Positions 39,874-49,203 of a DNA stretch of 64,000 nucleotides are shown in pieces. Source of the stretch: Candidatus Gottesmanbacteria bacterium (lineage in GTDB: Bacteria; Patescibacteriota; Microgenomatia; UBA10105; UBA927); the NCBI GenBank assembly GCA_023245335.1, contig JAHFKK010000001.1, positions 81,918-145,917 of the forward strand, read 5' to 3'. A program made the position numbers and the translations under genes. How positions within the stretch are numbered: position 1 is the first letter of the stretch; each line of letters begins with the position of its first letter. The notes beneath the pieces were generated by a model, which did not search any database, was not told the origin of the DNA, and saw only the letters and a list, made by a program, of their open reading frames with translations.

Positions 39874-40715
39874 GCAGTTGCGTGTTTAGTCTTGGAGGAT
39901 GGTTCCCCCAGCTTCCCACATGGCCTTCGTGCCACATGGTACTTGGGAACAGACTAGAGGTGTTTTGAGTTTCGGATACGAGGTTTTCACTCTCTTTGAC
40001 TACCTATTCCGAGGTATTCTCCTACTCTCAACACTCCCATATTGTCTGCCCCACAACCCCCAGATAAATCTGGGTTTAGACTTTTCCGCGTTCGCTCGCC
40101 GCTACTGACGGAATCTCATTCGATTTCTTTTCCTCACCCTACTTAGATGTTTCAGTTCAGGTGGTGCCCCTCACACTGTTACCTCAATCTTTCGACTGAC
40201 TTCGCAGTGCAATGACCATAAATGGTCGGATTGCTCCATTCGGAAACCGCCGGATCGCGGGATATTGACTCCTCCCCGGCGAATATCGCTGCCAATTGCG
40301 TCCTTCTTCGGCACAACTGCCCAAGGCATCCATTGTCGACTTGTAGCGTTGCGGAGAACAAAAGATATCTCAATCCGCCTCCCCGGCGGAAAGAGATCTT
40401 TGTTTCCCCTTAAAAACGAAATAGCCACGATAAGAAGGAAAAATTCCCCCTTACGCGGCAACTACCATACTACAAATAAATATCTGTGTAACAGGAATTG
40501 CACCTGCACTACACAAATGTCATTAAATTATTAATGAGCGAATTCGCGCTCTTGTCGCGAGAATACGCGCCTATTATATATAAGGTATGTATTCCCGATA
40601 CAAGAACCGTGTTCAATCTCTATGGCGTCCCGCCTTCATCAGGTTTGTGGCGCCGCGACTACGCGGCATCCACATCAGTACGGCTTGCTCGTCTACGCAC
40701 AACGCCTACTGTCTG

Positions 40716-40788
40716 TGGACCCGGGCGGAGTCGGACCGCCTACCTCTTCATTGCAAATGAAGCGTTCAACCAGGTAAACTTCGGGCCC
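40716..40788 (-). tRNA. tRNA-Ala, anticodon UGC, upstream of 23S.
   Basis: The reverse complement reads GGGCCCGAAGTTTACCTGGTTGAACGCTTCATTTGCAATGAAGAGGTAGGCGGTCCGACTCCGCCCGGGTCCA. It has G3:U70, an anticodon loop TTTGCAA and a T-arm GGCGG-TCCGACT-CCGCC. Confidence 0.75.
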
Positions 40789-40855
40789 TATTGTAGGGCA
40801 AACCCCGTCTCCTGGCAGCTCACCCCGTTTCTGTCCGAGTCGCTATGTCAAAAGT

Positions 40856-40892
40856 GCAAAAAATAACCCCGCCTTTATGCGGGGTTTGGACT
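40856..40892 (-). terminator. Rho-independent terminator ending the 41089..57597 minus-strand gene cluster, positioned before the tRNA-Ala/23S unit.
   Basis: The minus strand reads aaaCCCCGCataaagGCGGGGttattttttgcac. Confidence 0.6.
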
Positions 40893-41088
40893 CATCTCTT
40901 TGACGAGATATTTACACAACACGCAAACGTCGCCTGATTAGGTTTGTTTTGTATGAAGTGATGGTTCTCATGAAAAAAGAAAAGTCTTGCCTCCGCATTC
41001 CGAGTCACCGTAAATTGGTGAACAAAGGCAAAAGGTATTTTACGTCAGGACGTTATCTACTGTCAACAGCGAACTATTATTTATATTA

Positions 41089-41949
41089 TTAAATTACTCG
41101 TACCATCGCTGCTAACAATTCCTCTGCCTCCATTTTTCCTGCACTTCTACTCTCGGCTATAAACACTCCCAAAGCCATATAAATCATCTTGCCTGTTGCC
41201 GTGTGGAGGGGCGATCTCTCCTGCAGCATCGCCAACCGCGATGTTGCTTGTTCAAACAAGGCGCCAGCAATAGGTATTTGAGATATGATGCGTATATAGC
41301 TTTCAAGGGTTGCCCCATTTACATAATCGTTCGTTTCCTTCCACCCTGTTTGGATTGTATCAGCCCCCTTATCCGCTACCTCATGGATAAAGCCGCGTTT
41401 CCCGGATAAATTCTCCGCGAACTTGTTGCCAAGTGCAGTCGCGTATTTATCGTTCATAACATCAATTAATTTTCTCATTGCACGGTTTCGTGCGTTGAAT
41501 CTTAACTGATCAGATGTCAAATGAAGTTTGTTAATAATATTTTGTTTAGGCTCTTCTTTGTCTAGTGTGACCGGGAATAACCACTCAACTGGCTTACTCG
41601 TGACATAATCAAATGCGGTAAAAAGAGTAATAATCTTAACGAGTGCACCCACCCGCTCCAATCGCTCTTCTACTCCACCAATATCCTTCTCACCACGGAA
41701 TTCATAGTCGATCTTTCTGATATGCGTGCCGGCATTTTTGATGAACTTCCCGGGGTCCGTGATCCACTCGTACGAAGCATCCCGGAATGCATCCCACTTA
41801 ATGGGCTTTTTTTCCTTGTCGTATGGAGTATATTCCCCCATCTGAAGGACTTTTTGCCAGTGCTTTTGATTCGCCTCAGTCAAGTCTTTTTTCCACGAAG
41901 CGACTGCGTCAGTTGAGGCCGAAAATCTTGGTGCTTCTTTGGTTGTCAT
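41089..41949 (-). CDS. Hypothetical protein, 286 aa. Member of a three-copy paralog family in this locus.
   Basis: Its C-terminal region (NDYVNGATLESYIRIISQIPIAGALFEQ) aligns with 42039 (DFINPVNVEAAFRLVEEIPVVGEGVHW) and 44678 (RFINSMVNPSTIEAGFRTLSAIPIGGHIVEN). It has no TM segment and no signal peptide. Confidence 0.6.
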   Translation of the reverse strand: MTTKEAPRFSASTDAVASWKKDLTEANQKHWQKVLQMGEYTPYDKEKKPIKWDAFRDASYEWITDPGKFIKNAGTHIRKIDYEFRGEKDIGGVEERLERVGALVKIITLFTAFDYVTSKPVEWLFPVTLDKEEPKQNIINKLHLTSDQLRFNARNRAMRKLIDVMNDKYATALGNKFAENLSGKRGFIHEVADKGADTIQTGWKETNDYVNGATLESYIRIISQIPIAGALFEQATSRLAMLQERSPLHTATGKMIYMALGVFIAESRSAGKMEAEELLAAMVRVI

Positions 41950-42038
41950 ACAAAAACGACGCCACTAGGCATCAAGCAGTATTGTACCATACAAATGAGC
42001 CTATAGCAATATAAGGGATGTCGCGTAATATCGGACTA

Positions 42039-42953
42039 TTAGACCTGTTTTACGTTTCTGCCGATGTGGAATCCGAGGATGCCTTTCGAGGCGAGCGTAT
42101 TCGTCCATTTACCCACGGTAGCCTCCAACGCAACATCGGATTTCTCACGCAGCCAATGGACGCCCTCCCCGACCACGGGAATCTCTTCCACTAGACGGAA
42201 GGCAGCCTCAACGTTCACGGGGTTTATGAAATCCATAGTTTTATACGCACCCTTCAATTTGAACACATGTCTATAGGTATTTGGTATATTTTTATCTTTA
42301 CCCCATTTGATTTTGAACAGATCGTCAGCAACCCATTTACCATTAATGGTTGGGTGGGGCAATTTCTTCCCAATAAGCACATCATCAAAAAATACCTGGC
42401 TGATTATGTTTCCCCAATCAGCAAGAAAAGCTGAAGTTTCAGACACATACTTAGCCTCGTTTATACCCGTCATCATGCGTACCCAGGCATTGGCTGCTGT
42501 GGCGTATAGATTATCTGACGCCCATTCTTCCGCAAAATCAAAGGCGCCTTGCAAGCCTTGTTCCCGTTTCGCTGCATTCGTCAACTTCTCTTTCTGCTCT
42601 TGCCAATTTTTAGCCAAATGAGCAGCGTTCTTGGCAATGTCTTGATCGTAAGCAGGTTGGTCATATGTATTAGCAGTGTCCTTCATCGCATCAACACGTT
42701 TTTCAAGCTTATCCCGGAATAGATTCGTCACAAGATTACCTTCCACTAAATCAGCAGCAGTTGCGCCCAAAAGGATAGAAAAGTTTAGACCGGCACGTTT
42801 CATACCGTCACCAGGCTGAGATTGAGATTTGAATTCAGGAAGAAGGAGCCTCTGGGAGCCCCGTTGTGATGGAGAAAATTCTCTGGTTTCTGCGCTCATA
42901 TTTTCTGAAAAACCAAACGATCTACGCTTGGTTAAAAAAGGAGTATACCACAC
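42039..42953 (-). CDS. Hypothetical protein, 304 aa, paralog of 41089 and 44678.
   Basis: Shares the [FY]IN....T.EA.FR....IP..G motif block. Soluble, and Trp-rich in its C-terminal half. Confidence 0.6.
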   Translation of the reverse strand: MWYTPFLTKRRSFGFSENMSAETREFSPSQRGSQRLLLPEFKSQSQPGDGMKRAGLNFSILLGATAADLVEGNLVTNLFRDKLEKRVDAMKDTANTYDQPAYDQDIAKNAAHLAKNWQEQKEKLTNAAKREQGLQGAFDFAEEWASDNLYATAANAWVRMMTGINEAKYVSETSAFLADWGNIISQVFFDDVLIGKKLPHPTINGKWVADDLFKIKWGKDKNIPNTYRHVFKLKGAYKTMDFINPVNVEAAFRLVEEIPVVGEGVHWLREKSDVALEATVGKWTNTLASKGILGFHIGRNVKQV

Positions 42954-42994
42954 AGCTAGTCCTATAGCAAGTATCCGGCATCACACAATTTTGG

Positions 42995-43288
42995 CTAGTT
43001 TGCAGGTTTGAGAAGTGCTGTACCCATGAGGACTTCATCTATTGCTTCCTGATTCTTGTTCCGCTCGTCTTCAGGCATGTCTTTGAGTATGGCAGCAAGT
43101 CTCTCGCGGATCTCGGCACCCCGCTTCTCCATAGCCTTTCCGTACTCGCGGTCAAACGCGTCGATCCCTTCCTCGAGCTTGCGGACGTCCTCGTCACTCG
43201 CTCCTTCGAGCTTCACGAGGAGCTCGACCTTCTGCGGATCGGAAAAAAGCCTGGTTTTTTGTATCTTTCTACGCACCTTTGAGATCAT
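42995..43288 (-). CDS. Small acidic helical protein, 97 aa, a candidate cognate/immunity-type partner.
   Basis: Highly charged (EDVRKLEEGIDAFDREYGKAMEKRGAEIRERL...). It overlaps the upstream gene's end by 20 nt and is followed 41 nt later by the next large gene. Confidence 0.5.
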   Translation of the reverse strand: MISKVRRKIQKTRLFSDPQKVELLVKLEGASDEDVRKLEEGIDAFDREYGKAMEKRGAEIRERLAAILKDMPEDERNKNQEAIDEVLMGTALLKPAN

Positions 43289-44336
43289 ATTCCTCCAACC
43301 TCTTCAGGTCATCGTCCTGTTTGGACTGACCGTAGTACACTTTGTTCCCGGCCCACTTCTTCTCACCTTCCTGCCGCCGGTTATCAGTCCGCGGACGCCA
43401 ATCTTCTTTTTTGGGCATAGGCACGCTTTTCCCCGCCAATCCGCCCTTTTCGCGCCTCAATTTATGTACTTCTTTAAAGTTTTTTATGAGTGTCGAGATC
43501 CCAGTCCCCACCATGTCGACTCCGAGCTGCGTCACCGGATTGGAAACGTCAAACACATTGAGAAAAAACTTCTCGGTATCCCCAATGTTCGGAGTCGAAA
43601 AACCAGTTACTCTCGTTTTCTCCAAGTCTTGGATCTGCTTGTCTAATCCTAGTATTTTGTCATTCAATTTTTGAGGATATACGAATTTATTTTGACCTCT
43701 GTCAAAATGACCACCCCTGCTCGCCTGGTCAAGTTTCTCTCCAAGCGCTTCCTGTTGTTTGCCGATCATCTTGTTTGTGCTAGTAGCGGCTTCGAACTGC
43801 ATTTGAGCCGGAAGCGAAGGGAGGGTAGCTGCCGCTACTATGTTTGTGACCAGTGAGCCGACGAGGTGTTGTGACTTGGCTTTCTCCAAAAGCGGTTGAG
43901 ATCGAAATGCCAGGAAGTTATAAAAAATGGCCATCGTGAGGTCCTGCGTGCTTTCCTTGATGAGGTAATACAACCGGGCATTGAGGTCACTCTTCCCGGC
44001 AAATTCGTTCATCTTCCCCGCCATACCCTCGCCGAATCTTGTCTTGTCGTAATAGGGTATTTCCCCTTGCCAGATTTTCTCCCAGACGAAATCCATAGAT
44101 TTTTCTAGTCCCACCCCTACCCCGGTAGATACAAATCCTTTGGCGGTACGCATGAGCGCTGTGTCGCCTTCAAATTTATCTTTCGCCATTTTGTTAGCGG
44201 TATCTATATCCCGGATGGTGTCACCTACTGCCGTACCCAACTTGTCTAATAGTGACTTTTCCTTTTCGGGCTTCATGTCCGGCACGCGTAGCGGCATGTC
44301 TTTCAGAGATGGCTTCGGTGTTTCTACGGATGGCAT
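43269..44336 (-). CDS. Hypothetical protein, 355 aa, with a K/E/R-rich C-terminus.
   Basis: Intact ORF. Its weak C-terminal motif (FLNVFDVSNPVTQLGVDMVGTGIS) is reminiscent of the paralog family block. Confidence 0.55.
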   Translation of the reverse strand: MPSVETPKPSLKDMPLRVPDMKPEKEKSLLDKLGTAVGDTIRDIDTANKMAKDKFEGDTALMRTAKGFVSTGVGVGLEKSMDFVWEKIWQGEIPYYDKTRFGEGMAGKMNEFAGKSDLNARLYYLIKESTQDLTMAIFYNFLAFRSQPLLEKAKSQHLVGSLVTNIVAAATLPSLPAQMQFEAATSTNKMIGKQQEALGEKLDQASRGGHFDRGQNKFVYPQKLNDKILGLDKQIQDLEKTRVTGFSTPNIGDTEKFFLNVFDVSNPVTQLGVDMVGTGISTLIKNFKEVHKLRREKGGLAGKSVPMPKKEDWRPRTDNRRQEGEKKWAGNKVYYGQSKQDDDLKRLEEYDLKGA

Positions 44337-44370
44337 ACAGTATCAGGGTACTTGGTTTATCCGGCTGCGG

Positions 44371-44685
44371 TCAAGGTGTATGGACCGGAAAAAGATTTTT
44401 CTCTTGCTTCCTGACTTTGGCAATTAACTGCTTTTTTTCGTCCTCGGGTATAGTTTCCGTCGCTACAGTTTGTTCAAACTTATTATATGCATGCACGAGG
44501 TGTTTCCGCAGGACGTACTCCCGATGTTTTGATCGCTCGTCAAACGTCGAAAGGATCCTCACAATGCGCTCACGATACTCTTCCGGCAACAATTCCGGCT
44601 TGTCCAATAATTCCCGCTTTTGTATCGCGGTGAGTAGCCGGCTTTGTATAACGGCTCTAGTAAAATTATCACGTAGGTTATTCAT
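44371..44685 (-). CDS. Small charged helical protein, 104 aa.
   Basis: Overlaps the end of the upstream paralog (44678..45478) by 8 nt, which suggests translational coupling. Confidence 0.5.
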   Translation of the reverse strand: MNNLRDNFTRAVIQSRLLTAIQKRELLDKPELLPEEYRERIVRILSTFDERSKHREYVLRKHLVHAYNKFEQTVATETIPEDEKKQLIAKVRKQEKNLFPVHTP

Positions 44686-45478
44686 GAGGTTTTACGTATT
44701 TCGCCTTTGCAGCAAGCATCGTTGCCGCCAGGTCAAATCCATAGGGAAATAAACCTTTTTCTTTCAGTAAAAATTGATTTGCCGCCGCATAGACGTTTTC
44801 AACAATGTGTCCGCCGATAGGTATTGCCGACAGCGTACGGAATCCGGCTTCAATCGTACTCGGGTTTACCATAGAATTAATAAACCGATGCATGCGTTTC
44901 GCCTCGGGAGCGAGGGTAAATGATATCGCGATATTCCCCACCTTAGACAGAGTGTCGGAAAGCGGCGACACGAACTTCACGTCACCTCTATTAGTCGCCT
45001 GCTGCACCGATAAATCCGAAAATTTACCGATAAGCGAATCCGTTATCATCTCCCACCCGGCCTTTAAAGCCTCCCGATTTCCTTGATTCTCGAGCGAAAC
45101 ATACTGTTTATTCTTCCAGGTAAACAAACTCCCCTCTTTTTTAAGAAGTCGTGATGTAAGTTCATCCCCGCCAAAGTCCATAAGTGCCGAGGCACCGCCC
45201 AAGACGCTAAACAGAAGTATCCGTTCGAGCTTGTGCGGGATCTCGCGCCGTTTTTCCCAAATATATTTCTTCTCCGTGAGTGTTTGTGCAGTGAGAAGCG
45301 CAATCTCAGTTTCCGCATTCCGTGCATCTATCCGCTCTTCCAGCGCATGGGGGGCGACGATATCAAACACTTCCTGCATGTGTTTGTGCTGTAGCGTATC
45401 GGGCTTGGTGAATGTCGGTTTCGGCGCCTCCGCCGAACCGACAAACTGATAAATGGTCCCTTCTGCCATAGATATCAT
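44678..45478 (-). CDS. Hypothetical protein, 266 aa, paralog of 41089 and 42039.
   Basis: Carries the shared C-terminal motif. Its start abuts the stop of the 45478..45732 gene. Confidence 0.6.
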   Translation of the reverse strand: MISMAEGTIYQFVGSAEAPKPTFTKPDTLQHKHMQEVFDIVAPHALEERIDARNAETEIALLTAQTLTEKKYIWEKRREIPHKLERILLFSVLGGASALMDFGGDELTSRLLKKEGSLFTWKNKQYVSLENQGNREALKAGWEMITDSLIGKFSDLSVQQATNRGDVKFVSPLSDTLSKVGNIAISFTLAPEAKRMHRFINSMVNPSTIEAGFRTLSAIPIGGHIVENVYAAANQFLLKEKGLFPYGFDLAATMLAAKAKYVKPHE

Positions 45479-45732
45479 TAACTCGGTTTCCCCGTCCCGA
45501 CATATACCGTATCCTGTCCCTTTACGAGCTCTTCGAGCATCGCATCAAACGAATCAGACAATTCCTTTTTGTGACCTAATACAAACTGCCGCTCTGCCGC
45601 AAGATATTTACCGATTACATCTACCTGTTGATCCGTCAAAGCCGGCACACGATCGATAAGAGTGAGTTTGTCATCATCCGTAAGAAGCACGCTTGCTTCT
45701 ATAAGGGTCACTAAAGCTACTTTTTTGTTCAT
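45478..45732 (-). CDS. Small acidic protein of about 84 aa, taking the start as the internal ATG (MNKKVALVTLIEAS...).
   Basis: The track's longer ORF (to 45822) would overlap the upstream gene by 94 nt. The internal ATG at 45732 instead overlaps the upstream stop as ATGA. Confidence 0.45.
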   Translation of the reverse strand: MNKKVALVTLIEASVLLTDDDKLTLIDRVPALTDQQVDVIGKYLAAERQFVLGHKKELSDSFDAMLEELVKGQDTVYVGTGKPS

Positions 45733-46898
45733 ACAGCTGGTGTCATCGCTTTCTGCGGCAAAAACACTCCCGCCGCTTTCTCTACCTTCTTTTCTTCCAG
45801 ATGGTCGACACGCTGATTCCAATGCCGTTTCACGATCTCTATCGCTTTTTTGGATGTTTCATAACTCATAGTGAAATCTTCTACCCGATTGTGAAGATAT
45901 TGCCAGACGGGCGGCACGAGTCCCGCCCACCACTGACCTCCAAAACCCTCCAGTACGTACGACGCAGTCGAAACCAACGGAGGGACATCAGGGATCGGGT
46001 TAATAATTGGCCCTAGGTTCTCCCATAATAAATGTATCCCGACGAGTTTCGCTCCCCGCTTGAACTTATCACCCTTCGTAAATACTGGTGCTTCTCCGTT
46101 GGCGGTGATCCTGATCAATTCTGCTTCGGTCACCGGCACATTATGTTTTGCATATTCTGACTTATTCTTCAGGTATTTCTCTTTAAATTCTGTATCTGTA
46201 TGGATATTCGCAGCCTTTCGTACTGTTCTGGATGCCCAGCCCTCTTTTTTGGTAGGGTCCGGTGTATTATTGAGCGCATCTAAAGCTTTGTTCCGATACG
46301 GTGTGTATTGCTCTCGCGTAGCTGCCTGTTTTTCTGCGGCAGTAAAATACGCCGTTTCCTTTGCTTGCATTTGTTCACGCGCTTTATCTACACCCGTTCC
46401 CCTTTTAACGGCTTTATTATATTTTTCAATGGAACTCGCATACTCGGTCTGCGCTTTAACTTCTGCCTTCATGTCCTGTGCAAGCGGTACTTCTGCTTTT
46501 GCGGCCTTTTCCACCGCCGACACGGTAGTTGCCTCCTTTGCGGCAATTTCTGCCTGTGCGGCTAGCTGAGGACTTTTTCCAACGAGTGCCTCTGCGGCAT
46601 TAACCGGCTGTGCAGCTATTCTGGCTGTATTCCACTCACTTACCTTATTGATAAATGGAACTATCCCTAATGCCACCTTGGCGTCCTTAAACAGAATGCT
46701 GAGCCTGTGAAGTGTCGTCTCTTTCCCCAGCCTCCCAAGCTCAGCAAACATACTGAGTTGTTCGGTGGGTTGCGCTATCTGGGCTGCGGGATCCCGCATC
46801 TCTGTTTCAATGGCGGTCGTGGCATCCTTTATCGTAGCTCCGAGCTCCGGCGCAATGACAGTTTGTTCTTTTTGCGGAATTTCTGACTGCTCGTCCAT
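45729..46898 (-). CDS. Hypothetical protein, 389 aa, with an Ala/Lys/Glu-rich central coiled-coil-like region.
   Basis: Intact ORF located 38 nt downstream of the last ABC gene. No TM segment. Confidence 0.55.
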   Translation of the reverse strand: MDEQSEIPQKEQTVIAPELGATIKDATTAIETEMRDPAAQIAQPTEQLSMFAELGRLGKETTLHRLSILFKDAKVALGIVPFINKVSEWNTARIAAQPVNAAEALVGKSPQLAAQAEIAAKEATTVSAVEKAAKAEVPLAQDMKAEVKAQTEYASSIEKYNKAVKRGTGVDKAREQMQAKETAYFTAAEKQAATREQYTPYRNKALDALNNTPDPTKKEGWASRTVRKAANIHTDTEFKEKYLKNKSEYAKHNVPVTEAELIRITANGEAPVFTKGDKFKRGAKLVGIHLLWENLGPIINPIPDVPPLVSTASYVLEGFGGQWWAGLVPPVWQYLHNRVEDFTMSYETSKKAIEIVKRHWNQRVDHLEEKKVEKAAGVFLPQKAMTPAV

Positions 46899-46938
46899 AG
46901 CTTCAGTATGGGTTCTTTATCCCATTTTGACAAGGTTA

Positions 46939-49176
46939 TTATGATGGTTTCGCCATTGCCTCCAAGACTTGATGATCTCCGAGCTTCATCATCTCAGATG
47001 ATTTATTCAGCTTTTCGAAATCGACGACCTTTTCGGCGATCTTTTCAAAAACCGGATCGTGCGTAATCGCAACCACCGTCATGTCCGGACGGGTTTTCCT
47101 GAGTTCCTGGATAATCGCAAGCACCTGCTGTGCGGACGCCTGGTCCAGATTAGCAGTCGGTTCATCCAAAAATAGTATCTTGGGATCTTTCAGTAACGCG
47201 CGGGCAATCCCTATTCTCCGCAGTTCCCCACCCGAAAAGTGTTTGACCGCCGTATCCAGCCGTGGCGCAAGATGATCTAGCTTCAGATCTTTCAGAAGTA
47301 CTTGCACTTTATCATCTGATATATCCTTTTTGGTCCATAACAGCAAGTTTTCCCGAAGTGTCATCCCATCCATCACTTGCGGCGATTGGTTTGCGTATCC
47401 TATGGCGTTATAAAGTGAATCGTCCCCATACCGCTTCACTTCACTTACGGGAACCCCTCCGTATGTAATACCCCCGCCTTGCGGTGCGTACAGACCGATC
47501 ATCTCGCGGAATAAGGTGCTTTTCCCGATCCCAGACGGTCCTTTGACCGTCACAAACGATCCCTGAGGAATATCAAGGGAAACGTTATGCAAAATATCCT
47601 TAAACGAAACGTTTGAGACTTTGATGTCGTAGTTCGGGAGCTTGGACGCAGCGATTCGCTTCTGTTCCCGGGGACCATTAGGCATCTCCTGTACGTCATA
47701 CGGCCCAAGCAAATCATTCATGCGCTTGATATCCTCAAGTGCCGGGATCACCTGATACGTGTAAAGGTTCGTGAGCTGCATAATGCTGGACTGCAGGTCC
47801 TGCCCAACCATCTTGGCATCGGCAATCATGTTGTACTTACCGTACATATTGAGTAACACATCTCCGACGGGTATTCTGGGATCCTTTCGTATATTTTTAT
47901 AGAGATTAACCCCTTCTATAGCAAAAGGTGCATTATCAATAAGATCCAAAACCGTTTTTACCCACCGCGTACTCGTTTTGTGTTTGCGGAGACCTCCGGA
48001 GAGTATAGTATCCCGGTCTTCGAGCGTCGTCGCCAGGCGCTTCATGCTCTCCTGCGCTCCCCCGGACGTACGTACTGTCTCGAGGTTCCCCAATGTCGCT
48101 GCGAGCCTGGTATTTGCTAAATTCCACATCTCCCGCTCCTGTGTTGTTATGTTGCGATAATCTTTTGCCTGTACCCACGCGTTCGTCCCGATAAGAATCG
48201 ATTTGGCCCAAGCGGCATACGATAGTTTTTTATCGACGATGCCTTGCCGCTGCAAGATACTACCGATATTGACAAGAAGCGGCAGCATATCCGCATACGT
48301 TGTAACGACGAGATTTGCCGTGGACGCCTTGCCCCGATCAATGATGTTGATCATTTCTTCAACCGGCTTGTCATGTAAAAATTCGAAGTCGCGCATGAGG
48401 ATGGAGCGCGTAATACGCGTATTTATCGACTGCTGCAACTTTTGCTGTTCCTTAAAAAAAAGGTTGTCTGCGTACCGACCAGTGACGTTCTCAACCAAAT
48501 ATGAAAGCGGCTGGCTCCAAATGGGCCATGTCGCATCACGAAGAACGGTCATTGCTTTTTTGTTAGTCACCAAATCTTTTACGAAGGACTTTTTCAAAAG
48601 ATCTCCTCCGGTCGTGGCTCCTGCTTCCTTAACCGCGTCGACGACGCCGTCGAGCATACGGAAAATGAGCTGACCATCTTTGTTTGCCCGAACGACGTAT
48701 CCGTCCAAAATGTTGCGCGCCGCAATGTTCCCCGAGTAAATCCCCGACATAAGCCACCACTTCCCTGACCCAAGCTGATACGTTTGGAAAATATCCCCGA
48801 CTGCCTTCCAATACTCATCCAAATCTATTGCCGCCGGTTCATGTGTTTCAACCGGCCGTTCCTGTTTCGGTTTTTCCCCACTTGGAGATGCGGGCGGCGA
48901 CTCACTCATACGGGAAACGGCAGACTGCACATCGGCCGGCGTCACGTCTATACCTTCCTTGTGCAGATCACCAGCCACCGCATTCACCACTTCTTTCACG
49001 TCTTTGGGAGATGCTGAGGCTTCGGATGATTTTTGGGCAAGTTTTGCAGAGGCGACCACCGTATCCGGTGAAAGGACAACCGGCTTCAGAGACTCCACTG
49101 TGCGTGGGGCTTCCGGGCTAATAAGCGGTGCTGCGATAGGCCTCTCAGCAGTCATACTCCTTATTGTAGCGCACAA
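46939..49176 (-). CDS. ABC transporter, fused divergent TMD plus ATPase (type I exporter-like half transporter), paralog 1 of 3.
   Basis: The C-terminal NBD carries Walker A GPSGIGKSTL, the signature FSGGELRRIGIARALL, Walker B ILFLDEPTANLD and the H-loop AITHD. The N-terminal domain of about 480 aa has six weak hydrophobic helices and the family motif ILMRDFEFLHDK. Confidence 0.8.
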   Translation of the reverse strand: MCATIRSMTAERPIAAPLISPEAPRTVESLKPVVLSPDTVVASAKLAQKSSEASASPKDVKEVVNAVAGDLHKEGIDVTPADVQSAVSRMSESPPASPSGEKPKQERPVETHEPAAIDLDEYWKAVGDIFQTYQLGSGKWWLMSGIYSGNIAARNILDGYVVRANKDGQLIFRMLDGVVDAVKEAGATTGGDLLKKSFVKDLVTNKKAMTVLRDATWPIWSQPLSYLVENVTGRYADNLFFKEQQKLQQSINTRITRSILMRDFEFLHDKPVEEMINIIDRGKASTANLVVTTYADMLPLLVNIGSILQRQGIVDKKLSYAAWAKSILIGTNAWVQAKDYRNITTQEREMWNLANTRLAATLGNLETVRTSGGAQESMKRLATTLEDRDTILSGGLRKHKTSTRWVKTVLDLIDNAPFAIEGVNLYKNIRKDPRIPVGDVLLNMYGKYNMIADAKMVGQDLQSSIMQLTNLYTYQVIPALEDIKRMNDLLGPYDVQEMPNGPREQKRIAASKLPNYDIKVSNVSFKDILHNVSLDIPQGSFVTVKGPSGIGKSTLFREMIGLYAPQGGGITYGGVPVSEVKRYGDDSLYNAIGYANQSPQVMDGMTLRENLLLWTKKDISDDKVQVLLKDLKLDHLAPRLDTAVKHFSGGELRRIGIARALLKDPKILFLDEPTANLDQASAQQVLAIIQELRKTRPDMTVVAITHDPVFEKIAEKVVDFEKLNKSSEMMKLGDHQVLEAMAKPS

Positions 49177-49203
49177 CTCCCCGAAGTGGGACTGGTGGAA
49201 ATA

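Noticed and set aside
40360-40715. Possible additional tRNA (for example tRNA-Ile) or a 16S fragment in the spacer between tRNA-Ala(UGC) and 23S. An inverted repeat (gcgcgctcttgtcgcgagaatacgcgcc) was also noticed there.
   Set aside because: No cloverleaf with a T-loop (GTTCGA/TTCAA) or acceptor pairing could be built, and no 16S-like blocks are present. The inverted repeat may be an rRNA processing stem, but it is unsupported.
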